Below are positions 1 through 12,051 of a stretch of 64,000 nt of DNA, piece by piece. The position numbers and the translations under genes were made by a program. Origin of the DNA: Myxococcota bacterium (lineage in GTDB: Bacteria > Myxococcota_A > UBA9160 > JAFDDA01); assembly GCA_965228475.1 (NCBI GenBank), contig OZ245817.1:2080001-2144000 (forward strand), written 5' to 3'. The notes under the pieces were generated by a model, which was not told where the DNA came from, ran no database searches, and saw only the letters and a list, made by a program, of their open reading frames with translations. Each line of letters starts with the position of its first letter. Position 1 is the stretch's first letter.

Positions 1-36
1 CTTGAGATCGAGGAGCGGGACCTCGGGGTGGCTCAC
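1..36 (-). CDS. N-terminal fragment of a probable DegT/DnrJ/EryC1/StrS (WbpE-like) aminotransferase, running off the window edge
   Basis: GTG at 36 overlaps the upstream TGA (GTGA). It reads [12 protein letters not shown], and (V/I)PLLDLK is the typical start of this family. It follows wbpB/wbpD-like genes. Only 12 codons are visible. Confidence 0.55.
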   Translation of the reverse strand, partial: MSHPEVPLLDLK

Positions 37-647
37 GTCTGGCTCTCCTTGAGGGGCAGGAGGGCCTCGCCCTCCTGGCGGTACTGGTTTCCACAGGCGT
101 CGCAGGCGGTGTCCCCGGTCGAGTTCGTCGCCGGGAGGGTGACGCCGCAGCGGCAGACCCATGCGCGGCGCCGCGCGGGCACGCCCATCATCAGCGCATA
201 GGCGGGGACGTCGTCGGTCACGACGGCGCCCGCGGCGATCAGCGCGAAGGCGCCGATCTCGGAACCGCAGACCACGGTCGAGTTGGCGCCGAGGGTGGCG
301 CCTCGCCGGACGGGGGTGGAGCGGTACTCGTCCTTGCGGGAGATCTCGCTGCGCGGATTCGTGACGTTGGTGAAGACCATCGAAGGCCCGCAGAAGACGT
401 CGTCCTCGAGAACGACGCCCGTATAGACGGACACGTTGTTCTGGATCTTGACGTTGTTCCCGATCGTCACGCCCGGAGAGACGACGACGTTCTGTCCGAG
501 GTTGCAGCCGCGGCCGATGCGGGAGTCCGACATGACGTGACAGAAGTGCCAGATCCGCGTGTCCTCGCCGATCTCGCAAGGCTCGTCGACCCAGGCGGAC
601 TCGTGGATCTGGACGCCGGGGAAACTAGAGGGATTGAACCCGGGCAT
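33..647 (-). CDS. Hexapeptide-repeat N-acetyltransferase, WbpD/WlbB-like
   Basis: [32 protein letters not shown] and [11 protein letters not shown] motifs; C-terminal CxCG...CxxC; GGAG RBS upstream of the ATG. Confidence 0.9.
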   Translation of the reverse strand: MPGFNPSSFPGVQIHESAWVDEPCEIGEDTRIWHFCHVMSDSRIGRGCNLGQNVVVSPGVTIGNNVKIQNNVSVYTGVVLEDDVFCGPSMVFTNVTNPRSEISRKDEYRSTPVRRGATLGANSTVVCGSEIGAFALIAAGAVVTDDVPAYALMMGVPARRRAWVCRCGVTLPATNSTGDTACDACGNQYRQEGEALLPLKESQT

Positions 648-1674
648 GGGCCGTGCTCCCCGCTGCTTCGCTGCGCCGCCGCTCCGGAGTGCGGAGCGAG
701 ACCGGAGCTCCGTTGGTCGCCATCGAGCGCTGGGAGGCGTGGAGGATCTGGAGCACCCGCAAGCCGTTCCACCCGTCGGTGCGGGGGGTCTTGCGGCTTT
801 CGATGCACTCGAGGAAGTGGATGCATTCCTCGGCGAGGGGCTCCTTGTCCGGGAACTCGACCGGGACGCCCGGGGACTTCGTCGGGACGGGCTCGCCTTC
901 CTTCCATTCGAACTGGAGGTCGTAGAGCAGGAGCTCCTTGGTCACGTCGTCGTAGGTCGCCATGCTCTTCGAGCCGATCACGACGAGCTTCTGCTCCTTG
1001 AACGGGTGAAGCCACGACACGAAGATGTGAGAGCGGACGCCGTTGTCGAACAAGAGCTGACTCACCGTGACGTCGGCGACGTTGGGCGTGATGTAGGCGC
1101 CTCCGGTCGCGACGACCTCGAAGGGCAGGTCGCCGACGAGGCGCAGGATCACCGAGACGTCGTGCGGCGCGAAGGACCAGAGCGCGTTTTCTTCCGTGCG
1201 GATCTTGCCCAGGTTCAGGCGGTTCGAGATCACGTAGCGGAGCTTGCCGAGGGCGCCCTCCTCGATGAGCTGATGGAGCTTCAGGATCGCGGGGTGGTAC
1301 TCGAGGACGTGCCCCACCATCAGCAGGCGTCCCGCGCGCTCGGCGCGATCGATCAGGTCCGCCGCCTGGTCGACGTCGATGGTCAGCGGCTTCTCCACGT
1401 AGGTGTCGCGACCGGCCGCGATCGCCTCGCAGGCGACCTCGTAGTGGGTCTCGGCCGGCGTCGCGACCATCACGCCCTTGATGGCGTCGTCGCTGAGGGC
1501 GTCCGCGAGCCGTTCATGGACGGGCACGCCGGGCGCGAGCTTCTCGGCCTTCCGGCGGCCGGCCTCGCTCGGGTCCACGACGGCACCCAGTGCTCCGAGC
1601 CGCGCGACGTTGCGCACGATGTTCGAGCCCCAATGGCCGCAGCCGACGACGGCGACCTTCGCTTCGGCCGACAT
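625..1674 (-). CDS. Gfo/Idh/MocA family oxidoreductase, WbpB/WlbA-like
   Basis: Rossmann GCGHWG, ATPAETH, VEKP and HD motifs; start placed at MSAEAK (ATG 1674, GGGAGGG upstream). Confidence 0.88.
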   Translation of the reverse strand: MSAEAKVAVVGCGHWGSNIVRNVARLGALGAVVDPSEAGRRKAEKLAPGVPVHERLADALSDDAIKGVMVATPAETHYEVACEAIAAGRDTYVEKPLTIDVDQAADLIDRAERAGRLLMVGHVLEYHPAILKLHQLIEEGALGKLRYVISNRLNLGKIRTEENALWSFAPHDVSVILRLVGDLPFEVVATGGAYITPNVADVTVSQLLFDNGVRSHIFVSWLHPFKEQKLVVIGSKSMATYDDVTKELLLYDLQFEWKEGEPVPTKSPGVPVEFPDKEPLAEECIHFLECIESRKTPRTDGWNGLRVLQILHASQRSMATNGAPVSLRTPERRRSEAAGSTAHARVQSL

Positions 1675-1854
1675 AACCCTCCCCCCGGGATTCGGTGGCC
1701 CCGCCGCGCAGGGCCTCGCATGGCCGGCAGACTGCGCGCCACGCGAAAACGCTACGACGGTATCCCTTGGGGTCGGGGAACGCAATCGGGACGGGGCCTT
1801 GCGGCACTCACGAGCCTCCGGGCGAGCTCCCCCGCACCGCCTGCGGCGCAGACG

Positions 1855-4293
1855 CTAGGGGGCCACGCTCGGCCGGATCGGACCCTGCAGGTTCTGCGGG
1901 AGGTCGAGCCACCCGTCGCTGCTCGCCGTGCCCTCGTGGGCCGACCCGTCGTCGTCGACGACGTAGAGGGCCGAGGGGTCTTCGGAGCCCACGACGATCT
2001 CGAGTCGGCCGTCGCCGTCCACGTCACCGACGGACGGGTAGGTCGTCTCGACGTTGCCCGGAACCTGGATCCAGTCCTCGCCGGCGGAGTAGGGCGCGAA
2101 CCCAGCGACGCCATCGTCGAGGATCGCGAGCCAGCCCTCGCCACCCAGACCGAGACCGAGGACGATCTCGTCGCGACCGTCGCCATCGAGGTCGCCGAGG
2201 GATGGGGTCGAGCTGCCCGAAGCCGCGTTGAAGGCGCTCCAGGTCGACCACTGATACCAGCCCGCGCCGTACTCGGGGAACCCGGCCACCGCGTCGTCCA
2301 GCACGTACATCCAGCCTTCGCCCCCGTCGCCGAGGCCGACGACGATCTCGTCGCGTCCGTCGCCGTCGATGTCGCCGACGGCGGGGTGGGACACGCCGCC
2401 CGCAGCGAGGAAGGGGGCCCACTCGGTCCACTGGAACACGGCGTTGCCGCCGGCCGGCCCGTTGCTCGGCGAGAAGTCGAACATCTGGATCCAGCCCTGC
2501 TCGAGGCCGACGACGATCTCGTCGCGTCCGTCGCCGTCGATGTCGCCGCAGGCCGGGTAGGTCGCGCCGCCGCCGCCCACGTTTCGGGTCGGGGCCGGCA
2601 GGGACCAGGTCACGTTCGAGCCGGAGAGGCCGAGCACGCGGACCTCGTTCCCTTCGTCGAAGCCCACGGCGAGGCCAGGATTGCCGTCGCCGGCGAAGTC
2701 GCACCAGACCGTGCGCGTCCCACGCGACGCATCGATCCCGGCCGCAGCGATGGCGGCGGCCGTTCCGTCGAATTCGAGTCCGGGCAGCGTGTCGTCGTCG
2801 TGGTCGCTCGCGCCGAGCAGGATGCGCGCGGGGTCCATCGGCGTGACGGGCGTGCTCGAGCCCGAGCGGCGAACCGCCGGCTGGAAGCGCCCGGAGGCGC
2901 CGAGCAGCGTGAGGTCGACTCGGCCGTCGCCCTGGGGCGTCCCCGCATGCGGGGTGAGGTCATCGTCCAGGACACGGGCGATGGCGCCGTCGGAGCCAAC
3001 GATGATCTCCTGCCGTCCGTCGCCGTCGATGTCTCCCACCGCCGGCAGGGTCGCGCCGCTCCCGTGCACCGGGAGCCAGCCCGAGGGGGTGCCGAAGGGC
3101 GAGAAGCTGCTCACGGCGTCGTCGGCCATCATGATCCAGCCCTCGCCGCCGTTGCCGGTCCCGATCACGATCTCGTCCCGTCCATCGCGGTCGAGGTCGC
3201 CGAGCGCGACGTACGAGGCGCCGCCTGCGTTCACGAACGAAGGCCAGGAGGTCCACTGGACCCAGCCCGAGCCGGCCCAGTCGGCAAACGACGTGCCGGC
3301 ATCGTCCATCACGAAGATCCAGCCTTCGCCGCCGTTCCCGAGGCCGATCACGACTTCACCGCGGCCGTCGCCGTCGATGTCGCCGACCGCAGGCCGGCCG
3401 GTGCCGCCGCGGGCCAGGAACGAAGGCCACGTCGCCCACTGTCGAGCGCCGCGCTCGAGGCCGGAGCCGCCCATGAAGCCGTAGGAGGCGTCGGCGTCCT
3501 CGTAGAACTGGATCCAACCGCCGGTGAGACCGACGACGATCTCGTCGCGTCCGTCGCCGTCGAGGTCGCCGCAGGCGGGCCAGGTCGCGCCCGAGCCGGG
3601 GACGTCTCGCGACCAGAGCGTCGCGCGCAGGGAAGTCGTTCCGTTGGACACGCGGTGGACGGTGGTGAGGTCGCCCGAGCCGTATCCGACCACGAGCTCC
3701 GGCTCACCGTCTCCCTCGGTATCGCACCAGGCGACCCGCGGGTTCGAGTTCGCGCTGATTCCGGCCATGGGAAGACCCGAAAGCGTCCCGTCGAGGTCGA
3801 AGCCGCCGATGGCGCCGGCAAGGCCCGATCCCACACCCAGCTGCACGGAGGCCAGGGGCCCCGGCCCGGGGCCCGGTCCCGGCTCTGGCTCCGGCTCGGG
3901 TTCCGGTTCAGGCTCCGGTTCCGGCTCGGGCTCCGGCTCCGGTTCGGGCTCCGGCGCCGCGACGACGATCTCGTTCGACGGCACCGAGTAGAGCTGCGAG
4001 GTGTTGTACGCGCGCAGCGAGAGATAGACGTCGTGATCCGCGGAGATGGTCACGACGGTGGAGATCACGCCCTGCGAATCCGGGCCGTGCAGACCGAGCT
4101 CGAGGACCTGCTGGTAGCTACCGGGAGCGTTCCCGACCGACAGCGAGTAGCCGGCGATGTCCGGGCTCGCCGGCTGCAGCCAGCGCACGGTGTAGTTGCG
4201 GGTCGCTGCTTCGACGGTTCCCGCCAGGAGCACGGAAGCGAGCAGCACAGCCAGGCTCGCGCAGCGCGAGCGAGTCCGAGTGGGGTGACTCAT
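1855..4293 (-). CDS. Secreted FG-GAP/integrin-alpha-like repeat protein with an N-terminal FN3-like domain and PE linker
   Basis: Signal peptide LAVLLASVLLAGTVEAA; FN3-like W..IAGY..Y...RAYN..S..SNE; about 10 GDxDGDGxxE(I/V)VVG-type repeats in two homologous blocks; start chosen at MSHPT. Confidence 0.8.
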   Translation of the reverse strand: MSHPTRTRSRCASLAVLLASVLLAGTVEAATRNYTVRWLQPASPDIAGYSLSVGNAPGSYQQVLELGLHGPDSQGVISTVVTISADHDVYLSLRAYNTSQLYSVPSNEIVVAAPEPEPEPEPEPEPEPEPEPEPEPEPGPGPGPGPLASVQLGVGSGLAGAIGGFDLDGTLSGLPMAGISANSNPRVAWCDTEGDGEPELVVGYGSGDLTTVHRVSNGTTSLRATLWSRDVPGSGATWPACGDLDGDGRDEIVVGLTGGWIQFYEDADASYGFMGGSGLERGARQWATWPSFLARGGTGRPAVGDIDGDGRGEVVIGLGNGGEGWIFVMDDAGTSFADWAGSGWVQWTSWPSFVNAGGASYVALGDLDRDGRDEIVIGTGNGGEGWIMMADDAVSSFSPFGTPSGWLPVHGSGATLPAVGDIDGDGRQEIIVGSDGAIARVLDDDLTPHAGTPQGDGRVDLTLLGASGRFQPAVRRSGSSTPVTPMDPARILLGASDHDDDTLPGLEFDGTAAAIAAAGIDASRGTRTVWCDFAGDGNPGLAVGFDEGNEVRVLGLSGSNVTWSLPAPTRNVGGGGATYPACGDIDGDGRDEIVVGLEQGWIQMFDFSPSNGPAGGNAVFQWTEWAPFLAAGGVSHPAVGDIDGDGRDEIVVGLGDGGEGWMYVLDDAVAGFPEYGAGWYQWSTWSAFNAASGSSTPSLGDLDGDGRDEIVLGLGLGGEGWLAILDDGVAGFAPYSAGEDWIQVPGNVETTYPSVGDVDGDGRLEIVVGSEDPSALYVVDDDGSAHEGTASSDGWLDLPQNLQGPIRPSVAP
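3856..3954 (-). repeat. (Pro-Glu)12-(Pro-Gly)4 low-complexity linker, 6-bp period with synonymous variation
   Basis: Directly visible ggctccggttcc-type tandem units inside the FG-GAP gene. Confidence 0.9.
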
Positions 4294-4326
4294 GAGAGCA
4301 CAGTTCGACCAACGACACACGACGGG

Positions 4327-4342
4327 TGTGATTCGGCTCACC
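4327..4342. promoter_or_regulatory. Crp-family binding site candidate TGTGA-TTCGGC-TCACC
   Basis: 9/10 match to TGTGA-N6-TCACA, about 35 bp upstream of the FG-GAP gene start. Confidence 0.6.
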
Positions 4343-4574
4343 GGGGGTTCGGTGGATTGCCCGGACTCGTCTCCAGTTCAGCCGGAGGAGGCGCGTCCGT
4401 GAAAACGTCGACGTGCATGATTCCCTTCATGCGGGCCCGACGTTCCGCGGGAATATGCCGGTTCATCGGGCGTCTGGCGACGCTTCATCAGCCCTTTCAG
4501 AAAACTCTTCCGTGTGAAGGATTCTGGATCGGGCGGCTTTCGGTCTTTGGACGCGCGAGCGGGCCGGTTCGTTC

Positions 4575-5681
4575 TCAGATTCCCAGAGCGGTGCGCATTT
4601 CGCGGCGGAAGCGCTCGTTCGAGAAGCCCTCGGCGTGGCGCCGGATGGCCTCCGGGGAGAACGAGCTCTCGAGTTCGGTAAAACGCCGTATCGCCGCCCG
4701 GGCGGACTCCGGGTTCGGCTCCGGGAAGTGGATTCCCGTGGGGGATGCGTCGTCTGACGTCGCATCGTCCTGCGGAATCACCGTTTCGGCCGCGCCGCCC
4801 CGGCCGAAGGCGACGACCGGCCGCCCCGCGGCCTGGGCCTCCACCGCGATGATCCCGAAGTCCTCTTCCTGGGGGTACACGAGCGCCCGGCAGCGGGCGT
4901 AGAGCTCCGCGAGCTCTTCGTCGCTGACCCGCCCGCGGAACTCGACGTTCGGCGGCGCATGGGCGGCGATGCGCTCGCGCAGGGGCCCGTCGCCGGCAAC
5001 GACGAGCCGCTCGCCGAGGCCGCGGAAGGCCTCGATGGCCAGGGCCTCCCGTTTGTAGGGGACGAAGGCGCCCACCATGAGGAAGAAGTCGTCCGGGGGG
5101 CGGCCGTCGGGCTGGATGCGATTCGTGTCGACCGGCGGGAAGATCATGCCGGCCTCGCGGCCCCAGCGGCGCCTCACGCGGTCCCGCACGGTCTCCGAGA
5201 TGGCGATGACCTCGTGGATCCGTTCGGGCGTGCTCGTGCGCTGGTCCCAGCGGCGGAGCGCCGCGACCAGGGGCGCGGCGACGACGCGCTTCGCGCCGCG
5301 GCCGACGTAGGCGTCGATCTGATCCCAGACGTAGCGGATGGGCGTGAAGCAGTAACAGACGTGGCGGCCGGGCGGCGGGACGCGCACGCCCTTGGCGAAG
5401 GCGTGGCTCGTGGAGACGACGAGATCGTAGCCCGAGAGGTCGAGCTGGCCGGCGGCCCACGGGAAGAAGGGCAGGAACTTGCGGTAGTGGCGCGCCGCGC
5501 CGGGAAGGCGCGAGAGCGGGCTCGCGAAGATGCGCCGGTCCTCGATCCGCTTCGACGTGCTGCCCGGAACGTGGATCAGCGTGTGGAGGTCGGCTTCCGG
5601 GAAGATCTTGCACAGCTCTTCGAGGACGCGCTCGCCCCCGCGCATGCCGGTCAGCCAATCGTGGACGAGGGCCGTTCGCAC
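4575..5681 (-). CDS. Glycosyltransferase family 4
   Basis: [18 protein letters not shown]-terminus; [15 protein letters not shown] (EX7E) motif. Confidence 0.92.
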   Translation of the reverse strand: MRTALVHDWLTGMRGGERVLEELCKIFPEADLHTLIHVPGSTSKRIEDRRIFASPLSRLPGAARHYRKFLPFFPWAAGQLDLSGYDLVVSTSHAFAKGVRVPPPGRHVCYCFTPIRYVWDQIDAYVGRGAKRVVAAPLVAALRRWDQRTSTPERIHEVIAISETVRDRVRRRWGREAGMIFPPVDTNRIQPDGRPPDDFFLMVGAFVPYKREALAIEAFRGLGERLVVAGDGPLRERIAAHAPPNVEFRGRVSDEELAELYARCRALVYPQEEDFGIIAVEAQAAGRPVVAFGRGGAAETVIPQDDATSDDASPTGIHFPEPNPESARAAIRRFTELESSFSPEAIRRHAEGFSNERFRREMRTALGI

Positions 5682-5699
5682 GGCGCCGAGCTTAGCCTG

Positions 5700-8078
<2,379 letters not shown>

Positions 8079-8166
8079 GCGGATCTCCGTAAAGGGGAAG
8101 GGGCCAAGCTAGGCACGGGGAGGGGCCCGTCAAGCCGAGGCGGCCAGAAAGGCCGCCTTCGGGGCG

Positions 8167-8628
8167 TCAGGCGCCCTGGCCGAAGGTGCCCGGGTGCAAA
8201 GGGGAAATCCAGCGGCGGGGGGGCAGGAGGGCGGCCAGCGTCCCGGCGACGGCCCAGGCCAGGGTCCCCAGGTAGTTCCCGGCGCTTCCGGGCTCCCAGG
8301 AGGTGAAGGCCAGGGCGCCAACGGGCGGGAAGGCGAGGGCGGCGATCGCGGCGAGGCCGAGCGCGATGCGAGGCAGGCTCGCATCGAGCCCCGGCCGGAG
8401 CCGGGCCGCGAGCACGAACGCCGCGACGGTGAGGCCGGAGAGGGGAAGGGCGAGCTGGAGCCCGATGGCCTTCGCGAGGCCGAGCCAGACTTCGCGCTGG
8501 ACCTCGCCGAGTTCGAGGACCCCGGCGGAGACGGCGAGCCCCGCCGCGCCGAACGCGGCGGCGAGGAGTCCCGCTGCCAGGGATGCGGAGACCGCCCACC
8601 AGAGAAGCCCGAGGCCCGCGCGTCGCAT
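8167..8628 (-). CDS. Hypothetical integral membrane protein (about 4 TM helices)
   Basis: Four hydrophobic stretches; fills the gap between lon and the tRNA. Confidence 0.6.
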   Translation of the reverse strand: MRRAGLGLLWWAVSASLAAGLLAAAFGAAGLAVSAGVLELGEVQREVWLGLAKAIGLQLALPLSGLTVAAFVLAARLRPGLDASLPRIALGLAAIAALAFPPVGALAFTSWEPGSAGNYLGTLAWAVAGTLAALLPPRRWISPLHPGTFGQGA

Positions 8629-8732
8629 CGCCAGGGTGTAGCGCGCTCGGGGGCTCCTTTCGGGGCGCGGCGGGAGTTCTCGAAACCCGGTGGCCCGCTC
8701 CCGCGACGACGCTACTCTCGGCCCGCCCGAGT

Positions 8733-8819
8733 GCTCGGGTGGCGGAATTGGTAGACGCGCTAGACTCAGAATCTAGTGGGCGCAAGCCCGTGCTGGTTCG
8801 ACTCCAGTCCCGAGCACCA
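8733..8819 (+). tRNA. tRNA-Leu (anticodon CAG)
   Basis: Acceptor stem GCTCGGG/CCCGAGC plus ACCA; D-loop GGAATTGGTAGAC; anticodon arm CTAGA-CTCAGAA-TCTAG; long variable arm GGGCGCAAGCCC; T-loop GTTCGACTC. Confidence 0.97.
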
Positions 8820-8905
8820 CTTTTCTTACTTTCTCTCCCTCCGGTCTCGTTCTTGCCTCGGCATCTCAGCCGAGCGCCACGTTTCCCTTTCCGAAAAGAA
8901 GACCC

Positions 8906-11035
8906 ATGAAGATCGATCGCGAACGCGTCCTGTCCGAGGTCCGCGTGCGACCGCGGAGCGCCCAGGAGCTGCTCGACCGCCTCGGCGGCGGGCGGCACCA
9001 GAAGCGCACGCTCACCCAACTCCTGCGCGCCATGGTGCGCTCCGGCGAGCTCGAGAAGCGCGCCCGGCGCTACCGGCTCCCGCGCGCCGACGGCCTCGTC
9101 GAGGGAACCTTCGAGGCGGACGCCCCCGAAGGCGGAACCGTCCGCACCGGAAGCGGGCGACGCTTCCGCGTGCGCTCCGACGGCGGCGCCGAGCCCGGCG
9201 ACCGCGTCCTCCTGCTTCCCCTCGGCGAGCCCGACGGCCGCCGCGCCGAGCGCGGCGAGATCCTCGACGTGCTCGACGGCCGGCGCAAAGAGTGGATCGG
9301 CATCGTCCATCTCGAACCCGCCGGCGCCATCATCACGCCCTATCGGGACGACGAAGAGTGGGGCCTCCCCGTCTCGCGCAAGAATCTCGGCCGCGCGCGG
9401 GACGGCGACGTGGTCGTGTGTCGCCCGGCGCGTCGCGGCGGCGGCCGCGGGCGTCTCGCCGGTCGGGTCGTCGAGGTGCTCGGCCGCCCCGGCGAACCGG
9501 AGGCGGACTTCCGCGCGGTGGTGTGGCATCGCCGGCTTCCGGTCGAGTTCCCGCCGGACGTCCTCGCCGAATCCGAGGCCTGCTCCCTGCCCGAGGGCGC
9601 CGACGCCGGCGACGATTCCGGCGTTCCGTACGAAGACCTGCGCGAGCTGCCCTTCGTCACGATCGACCCGGCCAGCGCCCGGGACCACGACGACGCGGTC
9701 CACGTCGAAGCGCGGGGCGATGCCTTCCGCCTCTGGGTCGCGATCGCGGACGTCGCGCGCTTCGTCCCGCCGGGCGGCGCCCTCGACCGCGAGGCGCTCC
9801 GCCGCGGCAACAGCGTCTACTTCCCGGACCGCGCCATCCCGATGCTCCCGGACCGGCTCTCCGGAGACCTCTGTTCGCTCCGCGCGGGGGAGGACCGCCT
9901 GGCCCTCGGCGTGCGCATGGACGTCGCGGCGGATGGCCGGATCGGCAGGAAGAAGGTCTTCCGCGCGCGCATCCGAAGCCACGCCGGGCTGCACTACGGC
10001 CAGGCCGCGGCCGCCATGGGCGGCGACGCTTCCGTGCTCCCGGACGCGAGCCTCGCGGAACCCCTCGAACGCCTCGCCGCCTGCGCCGCGGCCCTGCGCC
10101 GCCGGCGCGAGTCCGCGGGGGCACTCGACTTCGACCTCCCGTCGGCGCAGATCGAGCTCGACGCCGAGGGCCAGCCCGTCGCCGTCGGCCTGGCCGAGCG
10201 CAACGATGCGCACCGCGCGATCGAGGAGGCCATGCTGGCGGCGAACCGCAGCGTGGCCGAGTGGCTGCTCGCCGAGGACGTCCCTGCCATCTTCCGGAAT
10301 CACGAGCCGCCGCCCGACGAGGACGCCGGGGACCTGCGCCGCATGCTCGCGAACTTCGGGTTGCTCGAGACCCGCGGCCAGGCATCGCTCACGCCGAAGG
10401 AACTCGCCAGCGCCCTGCGTGCCGTCGCCGGCCGGCCCGAAGAGCTGCTCGTGAACCGGGCGGCCCTGCGCGCGATGCAGCAGGCCCGCTACGCCGCCGA
10501 GAACCGCGGCCACTTCGCCCTGGCCTTCGAGGCCTACCTCCACTTCACCTCGCCGATCCGCCGCTATGCGGACCTCGAAGTCCACCGCGCCGTGCTGGCC
10601 CGGCTCGCGGGCGGCAAGGCGCTCGATCGCACGCGGGGCCGCGCCAATCGCCTGCCCGCCATCGCCACGCGCATCTCCTGGCGCGAACGCGTGGCCATGG
10701 ATGCCGAGCGCGACATGGACGCGATCAAGAAGTGCGTCTTCATGGCGAAGCACCTCGGGGAGAGCGTCGCCGGCCGCGTCACCGGTGTGGCCCAGCACGG
10801 GCTCTACGTGACCCTCGAGCCCTGGTTCGTCGAGGGGCTGGTCCACGTCTCGACCCTCGACGACTGGGTCGAGTACGACGAGGCCCAGCACGCCCTCGTC
10901 GGCCGGGACAGCGGCCGGCGCTATGCCCTGGGCGACCGCTACCAGGTCCTCGTCGAGCAGGCCGACCCGATCAAGGGCTGGATCAACTTCAGCATCGAGG
11001 AAACCCTGGAGGAGGGCCCTCGGGTGAACCCCTGA
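8906..11035 (+). CDS. rnr: Ribonuclease R (RNB family 3'-5' exoribonuclease)
   Basis: TIDPASARDHDDA, LWVAIADV, RGNSVYFP, IEEAMLAAN and HFTSPIRRYADL motifs; C-terminal S1 domain. Confidence 0.92.
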   Translation: MKIDRERVLSEVRVRPRSAQELLDRLGGGRHQKRTLTQLLRAMVRSGELEKRARRYRLPRADGLVEGTFEADAPEGGTVRTGSGRRFRVRSDGGAEPGDRVLLLPLGEPDGRRAERGEILDVLDGRRKEWIGIVHLEPAGAIITPYRDDEEWGLPVSRKNLGRARDGDVVVCRPARRGGGRGRLAGRVVEVLGRPGEPEADFRAVVWHRRLPVEFPPDVLAESEACSLPEGADAGDDSGVPYEDLRELPFVTIDPASARDHDDAVHVEARGDAFRLWVAIADVARFVPPGGALDREALRRGNSVYFPDRAIPMLPDRLSGDLCSLRAGEDRLALGVRMDVAADGRIGRKKVFRARIRSHAGLHYGQAAAAMGGDASVLPDASLAEPLERLAACAAALRRRRESAGALDFDLPSAQIELDAEGQPVAVGLAERNDAHRAIEEAMLAANRSVAEWLLAEDVPAIFRNHEPPPDEDAGDLRRMLANFGLLETRGQASLTPKELASALRAVAGRPEELLVNRAALRAMQQARYAAENRGHFALAFEAYLHFTSPIRRYADLEVHRAVLARLAGGKALDRTRGRANRLPAIATRISWRERVAMDAERDMDAIKKCVFMAKHLGESVAGRVTGVAQHGLYVTLEPWFVEGLVHVSTLDDWVEYDEAQHALVGRDSGRRYALGDRYQVLVEQADPIKGWINFSIEETLEEGPRVNP

Positions 11036-11078
11036 GGCCGCCCCCGTTTCCAGGCGGATGCCTGGAAATCCCCCCGTT

Positions 11079-11094
11079 CGTGATCAACTTCACT
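11079..11094. promoter_or_regulatory. Crp-family binding site candidate CGTGA-TCAACT-TCACT (possible autoregulation)
   Basis: Perfect GTGA-N6-TCAC core, about 110 bp upstream of the Crp/Fnr gene. Confidence 0.55.
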
Positions 11095-11203
11095 GGGCGT
11101 CTTCCGATACGAGGTGAAGTCACCCCGGTCCGGGCGATCCCGGACCGCATGGGTCCGTGCCACGACCGCACGGCTCCGCGGGGTGGCCGAACGGGAGGCC
11201 CCG

Positions 11204-11890
11204 ATGGCCGTTGAACTCGCATTCCTTCGGAAGGTGCCGCTCTTCTCCGAGCTCGAGGATTCGGAGCTCGCCGAGATCGCGGCGGCGTTCCGTGAGCGCT
11301 CCTACCCCAAGAACTCCGTGATCTTCCTCGAGGACGAGACGGGCGACTACATGTACGTCGTGCGCGACGGGCGCGTGAAGGTCGTCCGCCAGCTCCCGAG
11401 CGGGAAGGAGACGATCCTCGCCTTCCACGATGCCGGCGAGTTCTTCGGGGAGATGTCGCTCCTTGACGGGGGAACGACCCCGGCGAGCGTGATCGCCGTC
11501 GCGCCTACGACGATCCTGTCGCTCTCGCGGCGCGACTTCCAGAACCTCCTCTCGAACCCCATCGTGAACCAGGCCCTCCTGCGCATGCTCTGCCAGCGCT
11601 GCCGGGAAGCCTGGTCCCAGGTCGAGCTCCTGACCCTGAACCACGCCGAGGCCCGCATCCGGGCCCTCCTCCAGCGCCTGTGCACGAGCAAGGGGCGCGA
11701 GGAGGGGGATGGCGTCCACCTCGAGCAGCGATTGACCCACCGGGAGCTCGCGGACATGGCGGGGATCACCCGGGAGTCGGCCTCCCGGGCGGTCAGCCGC
11801 CTCCAGAAGCTCGGCCTGCTGCGCGTGGAAGAGGGGCTCCTGCACGTTCCCGAGCCCGAGGCGCTGCTCGACTTCGACCTCGACGGCTAG
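11204..11890 (+). CDS. Crp/Fnr family transcriptional regulator
   Basis: FLRKVPLF, cNMP-binding fold FFGEMSLLDG, HTH LTHRELADMAGITRESASR; GGAGG RBS before ATG 11204. Confidence 0.93.
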   Translation: MAVELAFLRKVPLFSELEDSELAEIAAAFRERSYPKNSVIFLEDETGDYMYVVRDGRVKVVRQLPSGKETILAFHDAGEFFGEMSLLDGGTTPASVIAVAPTTILSLSRRDFQNLLSNPIVNQALLRMLCQRCREAWSQVELLTLNHAEARIRALLQRLCTSKGREEGDGVHLEQRLTHRELADMAGITRESASRAVSRLQKLGLLRVEEGLLHVPEPEALLDFDLDG

Positions 11891-12051
11891 CGGGGAGCCT
11901 GGAATCCGTGCACTCCGGGTTTTCCACCAGAAATCGCACGATTCCCCGGTCGAATTGCGATGGGAGCGTCACCGGGCGGTGTTTTCCGGCGACTCACTTC
12001 CACGCCATACTCCTGCCTTCCCACGAGGCCACCCCGGAGTAGCACGAGCTG

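Noticed and set aside
625..647. Frameshifted wbpB-wbpD fusion
   Set aside because: The acetyltransferase has its own ATG with a GGAG RBS; a 23-bp overlap is ordinary
2000..3740. Recurrent gacgatctcgtcgcgtccgtcgccgtcga DNA repeats that could suggest a CRISPR-like array
   Set aside because: They encode FG-GAP repeats in frame; spacing is long and irregular, and no cas genes are present
3856..3954. Hexamer tandem as a phase-variable microsatellite
   Set aside because: Units vary at synonymous positions and are in frame, consistent with a protein linker
559..4902. 1447-aa plus-strand ORF, and similar giant ORFs (4959-8306, 11887-16350, 15936-23333, 34708-37383, 59569-62943)
   Set aside because: Antisense shadows of well-supported genes in high-GC DNA, with no motifs. 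Only the last 150 aa of 59569-62943 is real (Rrf2).
8733..8819. tRNA-Leu as the insertion site of a genomic island carrying the NRPS/PKS
   Set aside because: No integrase, no duplicated tRNA 3' end seen, housekeeping rnr follows directly, and no obvious compositional shift
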